Position numbers and translations under genes: made by a program. Source: Eledone cirrhosa (lineage: Eukaryota). From it: DNA of 64,000 bases. Below are positions 1 through 14,384 of the stretch, one piece after another. Within the stretch, counting starts at the first letter, position 1, and the number at the start of each line of letters is the position of its first letter. The stretch covers positions 20,646,001-20,710,000 of the forward strand of contig OZ024751.1 of assembly GCA_964016885.1 (NCBI GenBank), given 5' to 3'. The notes under the pieces were generated by a model, which searched no databases, was not told the DNA's origin, and saw only the letters and a program-made list of their open reading frames with translations.

Positions 1-1407
<1,407 letters not shown>

Positions 1408-1423
1408 TAGATAGATAGATATA

Positions 1424-1600
1424 GGAGGCACGTGGCATAGAAGCATGGGTGTTGTACTTACGATCATAATGTAAATGAATACCAGTAATAGCTGGGGGGT
1501 CTGACTCTGCGATGGACTGGCGTCCTGTCCAGGGGGAGTCTTCTACTCTCCGTTGCTTCACGCCATGAAACCGGGATAAGCACCGGCCAAATGAGCCTTC
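1424..1600 (+). mobile_element. Internally deleted tRNA-derived SINE (family 2) with V-domain-like core
   Basis: Degenerate head GGAGGCACGTGGCATAG, then CTGCGATGGACTGGCGTCCTGTCCAGGGGG, which resembles the V-SINE conserved domain (recognised from memory). Confidence 0.6.
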
Positions 1601-1601
1601 T

Positions 1602-1646
<45 letters not shown>

Positions 1647-1648
<2 letters not shown>

Positions 1649-1842
1649 CCAAGGAAGTGTGGTAAGGAACCAGGTGAAGTATAACGCAGCTGAGTACTCA
1701 ATACTTAGGATAATAGAGTGGGTAATAGGAATATGTTGAAGACACCGACGGCAGAGCTCGAGCCGTTTCGAAGGCTATTTCTGGACGAAACATCCGTCGA
1801 AACGTCTCGAGCTCTGCCGGCGGGGTCTTGAACATTTTCCTA
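1647..1842 (-). mobile_element. PLE-end family A copy (tail + fold-back, half hammerhead)
   Basis: Flanked by (TA)n. Matches the other family A copies. Inverted arms lie around ...GCCGTTTCG...CGAAACG... Confidence 0.8.
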
Positions 1843-1956
1843 TATATATATATATACAGTAGCTCTGAAACATCATGCTGGGTAAGACACTACTTTGTTT
1901 TGTTTAATTTGTCATCATTTGCTCTGCGTATTTTTCTGCCGCGTTGTACCGGCTTA

Positions 1957-2156
1957 NNNNNNNNNNNNNNNNNNNNNNNNNNNNNNNNNNNNNNNNNNNN
2001 NNNNNNNNNNNNNNNNNNNNNNNNNNNNNNNNNNNNNNNNNNNNNNNNNNNNNNNNNNNNNNNNNNNNNNNNNNNNNNNNNNNNNNNNNNNNNNNNNNNN
2101 NNNNNNNNNNNNNNNNNNNNNNNNNNNNNNNNNNNNNNNNNNNNNNNNNNNNNNNN
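1957..2156. other. Assembly gap (200 N)
   Basis: Run of exactly 200 N. Confidence 1.
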
Positions 2157-2964
2157 ACATATGCAACCACACACACACACACACATACGCATACACCTAT
2201 GCAACTACACACACACATACACACACACATAGGCAGCCATAGACACACGGCCATTGTGAGTCATGATATTTCAATGCTGTAATATATTCACTAGTGTATA
2301 ATGAATCTGTATCAGTAAATATATCTAACATATATCATAGCAATATTTATCTTACTTAATCTCGTGTCAGTTATAAATTAGTTTTCCTCGTTAGATATTA
2401 ATTAGTAAATTCAATGACGAAATGACAGAGTTGTTAGAGACGTCGAATTAATTGTTTTGATTCCAACTCACTGATCTCTGAGTTCAAATATCTCCCGGTT
2501 TAACTTTGTAGAAGTGCATAACCTTCTGGTAAGTGTGTTTGGACCGGGTTGTGTGCTGTGTATTGTGTTCTTGATAAAGACCCCCCCCCCCACTCTCACC
2601 CTAAAACAAACAAACAAAAACACTTTCATGTTGCATAAGTATACTCAGTTGAAAATTAATACCAGTAATATCTGATGGGTGGGTTTAATACTTCAGTCAC
2701 CTGAAGGCCGTGGAAACTTGGATAAATACCAGTTTAATGAGACTCCGGGCTCGACACAGTATTTAGACTTTTAGAGTTCAATTTTGTCTTTCATCCATCG
2801 TTTGGGTCTAAAGTCTAAAGTCTTTCCTAGTCCCGGAGATTCATGAGGCCGGTTTCCTTCACTGCGTCCAATACACCCGTATCACGGAAGGCTAAACGGA
2901 GAATGAGGACAAGCATGGTTAAAAGATTTTAGCTTGTATTACTGTTAATATTACTAATACATTA

Positions 2965-3180
2965 GGGTGGTGGATTGGCAGTATCGGTAGAGAGTCGGAC
3001 GCCATGCTTTGCAGCAAAGAGTTACGGCCTTTTATGATCTGATTTCAAATCCCGCCGAGGTTAACTTTGCCTTTCATCTTCACAGAGTCGATAAAATAAA
3101 GTACCAGTCACGCACTGGGGTCGATTTAATCGACTTTCCCCTCCCCCCAAATCACTGACCTTGTGCCTATATAATAAACC
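2965..3180 (+). mobile_element. tRNA-derived SINE family 1, full length with 18-bp target-site duplication
   Basis: A box TGGCAGTATCGG, B-box-like GATTTCAAATCC, core TTTGCCTTTCATC...GTCGATAAAATAAAGTACCAG (Meta/Sauria-SINE-like domain). AATATTACTAATACATTA is present at 2947-2964 and 3181-3198. Confidence 0.9.
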
Positions 3181-3235
3181 AATATTACTAATACATTAAA
3201 TACAATACAAGACCCTCCCAAACACACACACACTC

Positions 3236-3431
3236 CACTGGACATGACGCTAGTCAATCGCAGGGTTAATCGCCCCTCCATGGCTATAGCTGGTACTCAT
3301 TCTTAGCTGAGAATACTTGAACATCGTGAAATGAAGTTTTTGCTCAAGAACACAACACACAAGACGCAACCAGGCCCAGGAATCGAGCCCACGATATTAT
3401 GCTCTTACGTCTAACATCCTAACCACTAGGA
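3236..3431 (-). mobile_element. tRNA-derived SINE family 2 (CORE-like box + V-like domain)
   Basis: Minus strand reads TAGTGGTTAGG...GGCTCGATTCC...TGTGTTCTTGAGCAA...CCCTGCGATTGACTAGCGTCATGTCCAG. Confidence 0.7.
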
Positions 3432-3558
3432 CAAACAACGTTCAGGGGGGTCGATAAATAAATAACGTACCAGTCCAGAAGGGGTCTGTAGATTAGTGGA
3501 ATTGTTAATGTATCGAACGGGACCCATCTCTGTCCGTTCTGAGTTCAAACTGTATCCG

Positions 3559-3609
<51 letters not shown>

Positions 3610-3623
3610 TTATATATATATAT

Positions 3624-4215
3624 AATTGTTTCTAGTTTTGGCACAAGGCCAGCAATTATACCAGTACATTACTGGTACTTTATTTTATCGACCCCGTAAG
3701 AATGAAAGGCAAAGTCAACCTCGGCGGGATTTGAACTCAGACGATGAAGGGACGTAACTTTATACTGCAAAGCATGACGTTTGACCCTCTACCGATACTG
3801 CCAATCCACCGCCCTATATATTATTTATATATCCATATATAATTGTTTCTACTTTAGGCACAAGGCCAGCAATTACCCAGTACATTACTGGTACTTTATT
3901 TTATCGACCCCGTAAGGATGAAAGGCAAAGTTAACCTCGGCGGGATTTAAACTCAGAATGGCAAGGGCCGTAACTCTATACGTCAAAGCATGGCGTCCGA
4001 CCCTCTCCCAATAAAGATATATAAATAATTGTTTCTACTTTAGGCACAAGGCCAGCAATTACCCAGTGCATTACTGGTACTTTATTTTATCGACCCCGTA
4101 AGGATGAAAGGCAAAGTCAACCTCGGCGGGATTTGAACTCAGATCGTAAAGGGACGTAACTATGCTGGAAAGCATGGCGTCCGACCCTCTACCGATACTG
4201 CCAATCCATCGCCCC
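3624..4215 (-). mobile_element. Three head-to-tail SINE family 1 copies (3624-3814, 3841-4012, 4027-4215)
   Basis: Each is the reverse complement of the family 1 sequence with B box and core. The middle copy has a damaged head. Confidence 0.92.
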
Positions 4216-4448
4216 GAGATATATAAATAATGTATGTATAATAGATATATTATATGTATGTATGACAATAAACATATAAGCGCTCACATAATAATTCAGT
4301 CACAGTGAAAGCTGTTTTGCTACGAAGCTACCAGAAACTACACAACACAACACGTTTTACAATTGTTATAAAGTGACGGGCTTGGAGTCAGACATACTAG
4401 TAGCTACATCCTGTATATTTGTTCTACTTCAATAAATTATATAGAATA

Positions 4449-5800
4449 GTGGTGTTGGTGGTGGTGTTGGTGGTGTTGGTGGTGGTGGTGTTGGTGGTGG
4501 TGGTGTTGGTGGTGGTGATGGTGTTGGTGGTGGTGTTGGTGCTGTTGGTGGTGTTGGTGGTGGTGGTGTTGGTGGTGGTGGTGGTGTTGGTGTTGGTGGT
4601 GGTGATATTGGTGGTGTTGGTAGTGGTGGTGGTGGTGGTGGTGGTGTTGGTGGTGGTGGTGGTGTTGGTGGTGGTGTTGGTGCTGTTGGTGGTGGTGTTG
4701 GTGTTGGTGGTGGTGTTGGTGGTGGTGATATTGGTGGTGTTGGTAGTGGTGGTGGTGGTGGTGGTGGTGTTGGTGGTGGTGGTGGTGTTGGTGGTGGTGT
4801 TGGTGCTGTTGGTGGTGGTGTTGGTGTTGGTGGTGGTGTTGGTGGTGGTGATATTGGTGGTGTTGGTAGTGGTGGTGGTGGTGGTGGTGGTGTTGGTGGT
4901 GGTGGTGTTGGTGGTGGTGGTGGTGTTGGTGGTGGTGTTGGTGCTGTTGGTGGTGGTGTTGGTGTTGGTGGTGGTGTTGGTGGTGGTGATATTGGTGGTG
5001 TTGGTAGTGGTGGTGGTGGTGGTGGTGGTGTTGGTGGTGTTGGTGGTGTTGGTGGTGGTGGTGGTGGTGTTGGTGGTGGTGGTGTTGGTGGTGGTGGTGG
5101 TGGTGGTGGTGTTGGTGTTGGTGGTGGTGTTGGTGGTGGTGGTGGTGTTGGTGTTGGTGGTGGTGGTGGTGGTGGTGTTGGTGGTGGTGGTGGTGGTGGT
5201 GTTGGTGGTGGTGGTGGTGGTAGTGGTGTTGGTGGTGGTGTTGGTGGTGGTGGTGTTGGTGGTGGTGTTGGTGGTGGTGTTGATGATATTGGTGCTGTTG
5301 GTGGTCGTGTTGGTGGTGTTGGTGGTAGTGTTGGTGGTGTTGGTGGTGTCGGTAGTGGTGGTGGTGTTGGTGGTGGTGTTGGTGGTGGTGGTGGTAGTGT
5401 TGGTGGTGTTGGTGGTGTTGGTAGTGGTGGTGGTGGTGGTGATATTGGTGCTGTTGATGGTGGTGGCGATATTGGTGCTGTTGGTGGTGGTGTTGGTGGT
5501 GGTGGTGGTGGTGGTATTGATGGTGTTGGTGGTGGTGGTGGTGGTGGTGTTGGTGGTGGTGTTGGTGGTGGTTGTGGTGATATCGGTGCTGTTGTTGTTG
5601 TTGGTGGTGGTATTGGTGGTGGTGATGGTGGTGGTGGTGGAGATATTGGTGTTGTTGGTGGTGGTTGTGGTGGTATTGTGGTGGTGGTTGTGGTGGTATT
5701 GTGGTGGTGGTGGTGATAATGATGGCAGTGGGGGTGGTGGTGTTGCCGTTTGTGGTGGTGCTGTTGTTGTTGTTGGTGGTGGTAGTTGTGTCGGTGGTGT
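4449..5800. repeat. (GGT)n/(GTT) trinucleotide array with higher-order units
   Basis: Marker GATATTGGTGGTGTTGGTAGT recurs at 4604, 4727, 4850 and 4988. Confidence 0.97.
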
Positions 5801-5876
5801 TAGCCTTTGTGGCATACAGATACGCACATATATATACAAGTGTATGTGTGTACATATACATATATAAAAATGTATG

Positions 5877-6480
5877 TCACCAGTTGGTGCTACTGGTAAC
5901 ATGTATCCCAGTACAACCTGTCCCATGGTCGGGTCGTTGGCGACTAAACTGGCAACCCCACCAAGGTTTCTTGGTGAGGAGGGTGACTTTGGACATCCTG
6001 CAGGACTAAAAAGAAAACCTGTCAAAGGGCAAAGGAGCTCTTAAGAGTCAATGGCCATCCAAAATCACCGGGAGAGATGACCCCTTAGCCTTTGTCAAGG
6101 CAGAATTCTGGGAGAAGGAAAACTCTGATATAACACCTGCAACCCTGATGGTATCCAATGATGTTGACTTGTTCTTCTTTTTGGTAAATATCATCTTGGT
6201 TAAGAGAGTGGGACTGGCTTTGTGCAGTGCCTTTGCTCACTATAAAAGCTTCACGGCACAGGCATTGCTTTATATCTGGAGATCTCTCTGCACTTGTCGT
6301 CACATGGTACCATGGGCCCAGCACTATGTGTCAATAATTGTCACAAGTGTAGTGTTTGTACCAGAGTTTTCAAGTCGTTGGCTGGACTGAAAAGTCACAC
6401 TCGTTCAGCGCATCGGTAGGGGTTCTCCTACATGGATATAAAGTAGTGGCCGTACTCGAAAACGAGTTGGCAGCCACCAT
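5877..6480 (+). mobile_element. ~600-bp non-autonomous RTE-LINE-derived element, copy 1
   Basis: Near-identical copies at 42838 and 49726 share both ends. 6342-6419 translates as [25 protein letters not shown], a C2H2-type finger like the C-terminus of RTE-clade ORFs, followed by a short 3' UTR and microsatellite. Confidence 0.8.
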
Positions 6481-6530
6481 ATATATGTATATATATAAAT
6501 ATATATATGTAAAATACAATGATGAATATG

Positions 6531-6621
<91 letters not shown>

Positions 6622-6821
6622 ATATATATGCGTATATATATGTGTATATAAATGCATACATTCACACACACACAAACACACACAATTATATATAAGGCTA
6701 TTCTCATTATTAGTTTTGTTTCTGCCATTTTGTTTGTTGTTTTGTCTTCTTTTTCCTTTGTAGTGAAATAAGAACAAGAACAACGAGAACAACGACAAAA
6801 ACCATCATTATTATTATTATT

Positions 6822-6936
6822 ATCTGAGTTCAAATCCCGCCGAGGTTGACTTTGCCTTTCATCCTTACGGGGTCGATAAAATAAAGTACCAGTAATGCAC
6901 TGGGTAATTGCTGGCCTTGTGCCTAAGGTAGAAACA

Positions 6937-6939
<3 letters not shown>
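6822..6939 (+). mobile_element. 5'-truncated SINE family 1 within (ATT)n
   Basis: B box GAGTTCAAATCC, core and tail are present. (ATT)n lies on both sides. Confidence 0.9.
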
Positions 6940-6977
<38 letters not shown>

Positions 6978-7004
6978 GAAACCAGGGTTTAATAACAAAA
7001 TGTC

Positions 7005-7550
7005 CACCATCGCCAACACCATCATAATTACCATCACCATCACCATCATCATCACCACCACCACCACCACCACCACCACCGTCACCACAATCATCACTAT
7101 CACCACCACCACCACCACCACCACCACAACACCACCTCATCATCACCACCACCACCATCAGCAACACCACCACCACCATCATCACCACCACCACAAATAC
7201 CATCATCACCACCATCACAACTACCATCACCATCACCACCATCATCACCAACACCACCCCCACTACATCATCACCACCACTACCACCACAACACCACATC
7301 CTCATCACCACCACCACCACCATCATCACCACCACCACCACCACCACCACACCACCACATCATCATCACCACCACCACCACCACTACCACCACCACACCA
7401 CCACCACCACCACCATCTCCACAACGACCACTACAACCATCACCACCACCACCACCACCACCACCACCACCATCACCTCACTGCCAGCCCACCACCACCA
7501 CCACCACCACCACCACCTCCACAACGACCACTACAACCATCACCACCATC
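7005..7550. repeat. (CAC/CAT)n trinucleotide array
   Basis: Direct reading. Confidence 0.97.
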
Positions 7551-7800
7551 TCAAATAAAATAATTTCAATTTACAGTTTTTAAGCTGACAAACCTAGATT
7601 TTGACACTTCTTGCTCTGGCGACACCAAGAAAATGATTAAGCCTGCATTTTCGACAACACATTCCACACACACCTACGCCAATTCATGCGTCAGATCATA
7701 ACATCATACTACAATTTCCGCCACTTTAGATATATATCGACAACAATTGTGATTTATGTAATGATCGCCACAGAACATACATTTTCTATATTTGCCGGAT

Positions 7801-8706
7801 ACAACACAATTTATATAAGCAAAATCATGTTGAACTTCTATAAGAATTTCTGAAAAAAACAATGAAATGATTTAAAATAAATTTACAAAGAAATCTACTG
7901 ATAGCGGGAAAATATTATATATTTACTGTATTACTGTATTTGACGGCCTATTGGACGCACATTTTTTCCATAAAACATATATAAAAAGTCTTCCCTGCAT
8001 CTAATACACCCATATCATCAATGGGAGGCTAAATGGAGAGTAAGGACAATTTGTATTACTATTAGTATTACTAATACATTAATATTAGTATTAGTATTGC
8101 TACTACATTAATGTATTAGTAATGGTTTCTGATTTAGGGACAAGGCCAGCAATTGTGGGGGAGGGGAAGGGCGATTTAATCGATCCCAGTGCGTTACCAA
8201 TAAAATCGAAGACCAACTTCGGTCACGAATGAAAGTTTCCCTCCGAGGTACAAGTCCGGGCACGGTTGTTTGAGGAAGACGAGTAGTCGCCCTTACATAC
8301 CAGTCTCCCCTCTCCGCGCCACCTATGTTGTCCAAGGTGAAAGTTTATGTCCGATACAGCTTGGAACTAGTGATGTCGCAACTCACTTCTACAGCTGAGT
8401 AAACTGGAGCAACGTGAAATAAAGTGTTTTACTCAAGGACACAAAGCATCACCTGGTCCAGGAATCGAACTCACAACCTTTCGATTGCAAGCCCAATGCT
8501 CTAACCATTAAGCCATGCGCCTTCAACCGATAAAATAAAGTACCAATGACGCACTGGCGTCGATTAAATCGCCTTTTCTCTCCCCCACAATTGCTAAATC
8601 AGTAACACAATACAATTTATATAAGCAAAATTATGTCCAACTTAGAGAAGAGTTTCTGAAAAAAAACAATGAAATAACTTTTAATAAATTTATGAAGAAA
8701 TCTACT
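7801..8706. repeat. Diverged ~100-bp direct repeat pair (7801-7898 and ~8606-8706) bracketing nested SINEs
   Basis: ACAATTTATATAAGCAAAAT...TTTCTGAAAAAAA(A)CAATGAAAT...AGAAATCTACT occurs twice. Confidence 0.8.
8205..8525 (-). mobile_element. tRNA-derived SINE family 2, near full length
   Basis: Minus strand: TGAAGGCGCATGGCTTAATGGTTAGAG (A box), GAGTTCGATTCC (B box), TGTGTCCTTGAGTAAAACACTT (CORE-like). Confidence 0.88.
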
Positions 8707-9043
8707 AAAAAATTATTTTTCACAAAATCTGCCAGTAAAATCAGAGGGCGTCTTATACGGTAATTTACTTATTCAATTCTGTATAAAACTACGATCTAAT
8801 ATGTATGGTTCAAGGATAAGTCTTTCTGGAGTGTGCGCCCTTGTTGTCCATAAGGTTTACGACGAACCTGGGAGTGGACACAATACAGTCTCGTCTTTCA
8901 GAATAATACGTTATGGAACATTTATATAAAAGATATATAAAAGACTTTAAAGTAGAAAATCGAGTTTAGGGCACAATTATAACTTCTTTATAGCTGTGCT
9001 TCACTCTCATTGACACACCCTCTGTCTGTCTGTCTGTCTCTTT

Positions 9044-9405
9044 GTCACCACCACCACCACCACCACCACCACCACCGTCAACACCACCACCTTCACCATC
9101 AACACCACCATCACCATCATCATCATCATCATCACCGCCACCACTATTATCACCACCACCACCACCACCATCAACACCACTACCACACACCACCACGAGC
9201 ACTACCACCATCACTACCACCACCACCACCACCACCACCACCTCAACCATCAACACCATCACCACCACCATCACAATGAACAACACCACCACCACCACTA
9301 CCACTACTACCATCACCACCATCACCACCACAACCACCACCACCACCACTTCTACCATCACCACCACGACCACCACCACCACCACCACCGCTATTACCAC
9401 CACCA
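9044..9405. repeat. (CAC)n trinucleotide array
   Basis: Direct reading. Followed by (CT)n and (TA)n to ~10010. Confidence 0.97.
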
Positions 9406-9550
9406 TTTTTTCACTCTCTTTGTTTGCCTTTTTCGTTACTCTCTCTCTCCCACTCTCTCCATCTGTCTATCTGTTTAGGAGCTAGTTAGCTAGTTCTCTA
9501 CCCCGCCCTCTCTCGCTCCATCTATCTATCTATCTTTCTCTCTCTCTCTC

Positions 9551-9662
<112 letters not shown>

Positions 9663-9690
9663 TATGTATATGTATATATATATATATATT

Positions 9691-9737
<47 letters not shown>

Positions 9738-9807
9738 ATACTTTGGGATATATTAATATATATATATATATATGTATGTATATATATTATATATATATAT
9801 GTATGTA

Positions 9808-9877
<70 letters not shown>

Positions 9878-9918
9878 ATACTTTGGGATATATTAATATA
9901 TATATATATATGTATGTA

Positions 9919-9966
<48 letters not shown>

Positions 9967-10010
9967 TACATACATATAGATATATATAAATATATATATA
10001 TGATATATAT

Positions 10011-10163
10011 ATTTATTTAATATTTTATCTTGACTCTGTATACCGTTTATCTTTCACCGAAATTGGATTTTCATTACATCTCTTCTTTCCATGATATCCG
10101 GAATACATTGAGTTCTTCATACGGATTGGACACTACCGTAAACTCTTGGTAGATTTATCTACA
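10011..10163 (+). mobile_element. PLE-end family C, tail-only copy within (TA)n
   Basis: Nearly identical to ~12988-13141. Confidence 0.8.
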
Positions 10164-10210
10164 TATATATAAATATATATATATGATATATATATATAAA
10201 TATATATATA

Positions 10211-10247
<37 letters not shown>

Positions 10248-10275
10248 TAAATATATAAATATATATATATATGAT

Positions 10276-10332
<57 letters not shown>

Positions 10333-10489
10333 AATATATATATATATATGATATATATATATATATATATATATATACACCTCAGTCTCTCTCTCAATAT
10401 ATATACTTACAACCCATACAAGTGTTACATCCTCCGATTAAAAACTAATTATAACCTTATAAATTGTAACCCCCAGCAGCAGGCAGCAG

Positions 10490-11316
10490 CACCCCACCAC
10501 CACCACCACCACCAGCACTACCACCACCACCACCACCACCACCACCACCAGCACTACCACCACCACCACCACCACACGACGACGACGACGACGACCACCA
10601 CCACCACTACCACTACCACCACCACCACCACCACCACACGACGACGACGACGACCACCACCACCACCACTACCACTACCACCACCACCACCACCACCACC
10701 ACCACCACCACCACCACACGACGACGACGACGACCACCACCACCACCACTACCACTACCACCACCACCACCACCACCACCACCACCACCACCACACGACG
10801 ACGACGACGACCACCACCAACACCACCACCATACTACCACAACCAACACCACCAACACTATCACCAACACCACCAGCACCACCACCACCAACACAATCAC
10901 CATACCACCACTACTACCATACCACCACTACTACCATACCACCAACACTATCACCACCACCGCCACCACCAGCACTATCACTATCACCAACACCACCAGC
11001 ACCACCACCACCAACACAATCACCATACCACCACTACTACCATACCACCACTACTACCATACCACCAACACTATCACCACCACCGCCACCACCAGCACTA
11101 TCACTATCACCAACACCACCAGCACCACCACCACCAACACAATCACCATACCACCACTACTACCATACCACCACTACTACCATACCACCAACACTATCAC
11201 CACCACCGCCACCACCAGCACTATCACTATCACCAACACCACCAGCACCACCACCACCAACACAATCACCATACCACCACTACTACCATACCACCACCAC
11301 CACCACCACCACCACC

Positions 11317-11345
<29 letters not shown>
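10490..11345. repeat. (CAC)n-derived array containing a 123-bp higher-order minisatellite
   Basis: ACCACCACTACTACCATACCACCAACACTA starts at 10921, 11044 and 11167. Confidence 0.95.
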
Positions 11346-11347
<2 letters not shown>

Positions 11348-11722
11348 GACAACATACAACAAAAAAATAAACCACTAGACCTATTAGAAGTGTTACATAT
11401 TGAGAAGAGGTGGCCCAAATATTTAAGCTATCAAGTGGTAGTCAAAAGTGTCCGACAGTCCATACTTGTCCAGCGGCCCTCTCCTACCATGCCCTCCTCC
11501 ACATATCTCTAACACCACAACAGACAACACTTGTCCAGCCTCTCTCCTACCATGCCTTCCGCCACACACCTCTATCATTATACCTCACGCCATATTATTT
11601 ATTTATATATATATATATATAGGCACATATATATATATATATATATGCCCCCCCCCCCATATATATGCCCCCCCCATATATATATATATATATACCCCCC
11701 CCATATATATATGCCCCCCCAC

Positions 11723-11756
<34 letters not shown>

Positions 11757-12029
11757 TCTCTGCAAGTGTAAATACATATATATATATATATATATATTCA
11801 CATATATATATATCTATCTATATATCAGGTAATTATAGAACAGCGTTTCCATCTTGACCTACTGCAACAACTTCCCCTTCTCTCACTCCACCCTACCTAT
11901 CTACTACTCCGCCCTCCCTTCCTACCCCATCTCCTACTTCAACCTCTCCCTTACACCGACTTTTACCTATTCTCAGACTTCATGCCGTCGTACTGTCTCT
12001 GTGCTGTTTTAAATTACATAATTACGTGC

Positions 12030-12066
<37 letters not shown>

Positions 12067-12068
<2 letters not shown>

Positions 12069-12223
12069 GGAACCAGTAAGACCCCGACAGCTGAGCTCAA
12101 GCCGAAAACGGCTTGAGCTCAGCTGTCGGGGTCTTACTGGTTCCTATTACCCACTCTACTACCTCAAGTATTGAGTACTTTGGTGCGTTATGGTCCACCT
12201 GGTTCCTTACCACATTTCCTTCG

Positions 12224-12225
<2 letters not shown>
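12067..12225 (+). mobile_element. PLE-end family A copy
   Basis: Hairpin GACCCCGACAGCTGAGCTCAAGCCG-AAAA-CGGCTTGAGCTCAGCTGTCGGGGTC, then tail ending CCTTCGTT(TA)n. Confidence 0.85.
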
Positions 12226-12276
<51 letters not shown>

Positions 12277-12279
<3 letters not shown>

Positions 12280-12480
12280 TAGCGAGGTTTTTTATATGAA
12301 ATCGTGTGTCGAAACAAATATTGTTATACTTGGGGAGGGTCATATTTGTGTAATATTGCCAGAATTAATAACAGAACACACTCACTGTTTGGTTGGCGAA
12401 AACCAACCAAACAGTGAGTGTGTTCTGTTATTAATTCTGGCAATATTACACAAATATGACCCTCCCCAAGTATAACAATA
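12277..12480 (-). mobile_element. PLE-end family B miniature (tail + perfect 78-bp hairpin)
   Basis: Arms 12319-12396 and 12403-12480 are exact reverse complements. Tail and arm end match the reverse complement of ~37615-37685 of the GIY-YIG-bearing element. Confidence 0.88.
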
Positions 12481-12493
12481 TATATATATATAT

Positions 12494-12742
<249 letters not shown>

Positions 12743-12764
12743 GTATGTATATATATATATATAT

Positions 12765-13141
12765 ATAAAATATTAAACAAATAATGAATAAAACAATGAA
12801 ACAGTTCCTTATATTAAACAAAAAAAGTTCATTATTTAACGATCGTTTCTAGGATATATATGTGTTAGAATTGGCATGCATATTCAATATGCATGCCAAT
12901 TCTAACACATATATATCCTAGAAACGATCGTTAAATAATGAACTTTTTTTGTTTAATATAAGGAACTGTTTCATTGTTTTATTCATTATTTGTTTAATAT
13001 TTTATCTTGACTCTGTATTCCGTTTATCTTTCACCGAAAGTGATTTTTCATTACATCTCTTCTTTCCATGATATCCGGAATACATTGAGTTCTTCATACG
13101 GATTGGACACTACCGTAAACTCTTGGTAGATTTATCTACAT
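12765..13141 (+). mobile_element. PLE-end family C: 241-bp palindrome + tail
   Basis: Palindrome 12765-13005 centred on 12885. HHR 3' half GAAAC-GATC-GTT at 12921-12932. Unique tail 13006-13141. Confidence 0.85.
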
Positions 13142-13172
13142 AATATATATATATATATACATATATATATAC

Positions 13173-13264
<92 letters not shown>

Positions 13265-13298
13265 CATACATATATATATATATATGTATATATATACA

Positions 13299-13459
<161 letters not shown>

Positions 13460-13480
13460 ATATATATATATATATATAAA

Positions 13481-13998
13481 TGTGCCAGCAGCCTTCAGCT
13501 TTTGACCGTATACGTATATGGAGGGTTCATTGAAAACTTTATCCTAAGCAGGTTGGTACATGACGACAGTCTTCTTAAGTCCTAAAGCACTGCACGCATT
13601 GGAAAAAGAATCCATAAGGCGTTTCATGTCACTCTGGGAGTGTGCAAAGAGATCACAATCATCTGCATATAAAAATTCTCTGATCAAGGTACCTTAGTGT
13701 TGGAAGTGAGACGCCTAAGGTTAAACATCTTGCCGGAAGTGCGATATCTGAGATAGATACCCTGTTGACAATCCCTGAAGGCCATGAAGAACATCATTGC
13801 AAATTACAAGGTAAACAAAGTTGGTGCAGGTATATCACCTTGCTTGACACCATTTTCAACCGAGATTGGCTCAGACAGTTTACCTCAAACATTCACCCAT
13901 GCCTGCATGTCATCGTGGAAGAGTTTCAGAATGTTCACAAACTTTTCAAGACAGCCCAATCTCTCCAAAATAACCCACAAAGCTTTCCGATTAACGGT
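13481..13998 (-). pseudogene. RTE-clade LINE reverse transcriptase fragment (decayed)
   Basis: Minus translation DTVNRKALWVILERLGC...NGVKQGDIPAPTLF...IREFLYADDCDLFAHS, with stops and a frameshift. Contains the QG and YADD RT motifs. Confidence 0.93.
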
Positions 13999-14384
13999 GT
14001 CATACATACATATGGGTGTGTATGATATGATTGGAGACCCTGTCATTAAAACACCCGAAAAACCTCTTCTGGTCTGCAACTTTGTAGGAGCCTATCTAAT
14101 ACTACAATAGATAAGAGCTCTAAATTTAATTTTTTTTTTCTTTTATTAAATATATCTTTCATAACAACATCAACAACACAACAACAAAGATATTGGCACA
14201 ACATTTTTTCTTGTATTTTCTCGGATATAAAGTAAAAAATGTGAGTCATCTTTCTTTCATTGTTATTCCTCACACAAGACATTCCTTATTGATTGCCAAC
14301 GAAAACAAACAAAATATAACATAATAAAAACAGTAAATTACACCTAAACAGTTTAGCATGAAACATTTTAGTGGTTGAAATTGT

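Noticed and set aside
6085-6390. Recurrent 79-80-aa ORFs (MLGPWYHV..., MVSNDVDL...) also at ~43050 and ~49950
   Set aside because: They recur only because the 600-bp element is repeated. The only protein-like remnant is the zinc finger in a different frame.
7593-7641. Possible 49-nt minus-strand exon (CAG|GCTTAATC...TCTAG|GTTTGT)
   Set aside because: No polypyrimidine tract, weak donor and no recognisable peptide.
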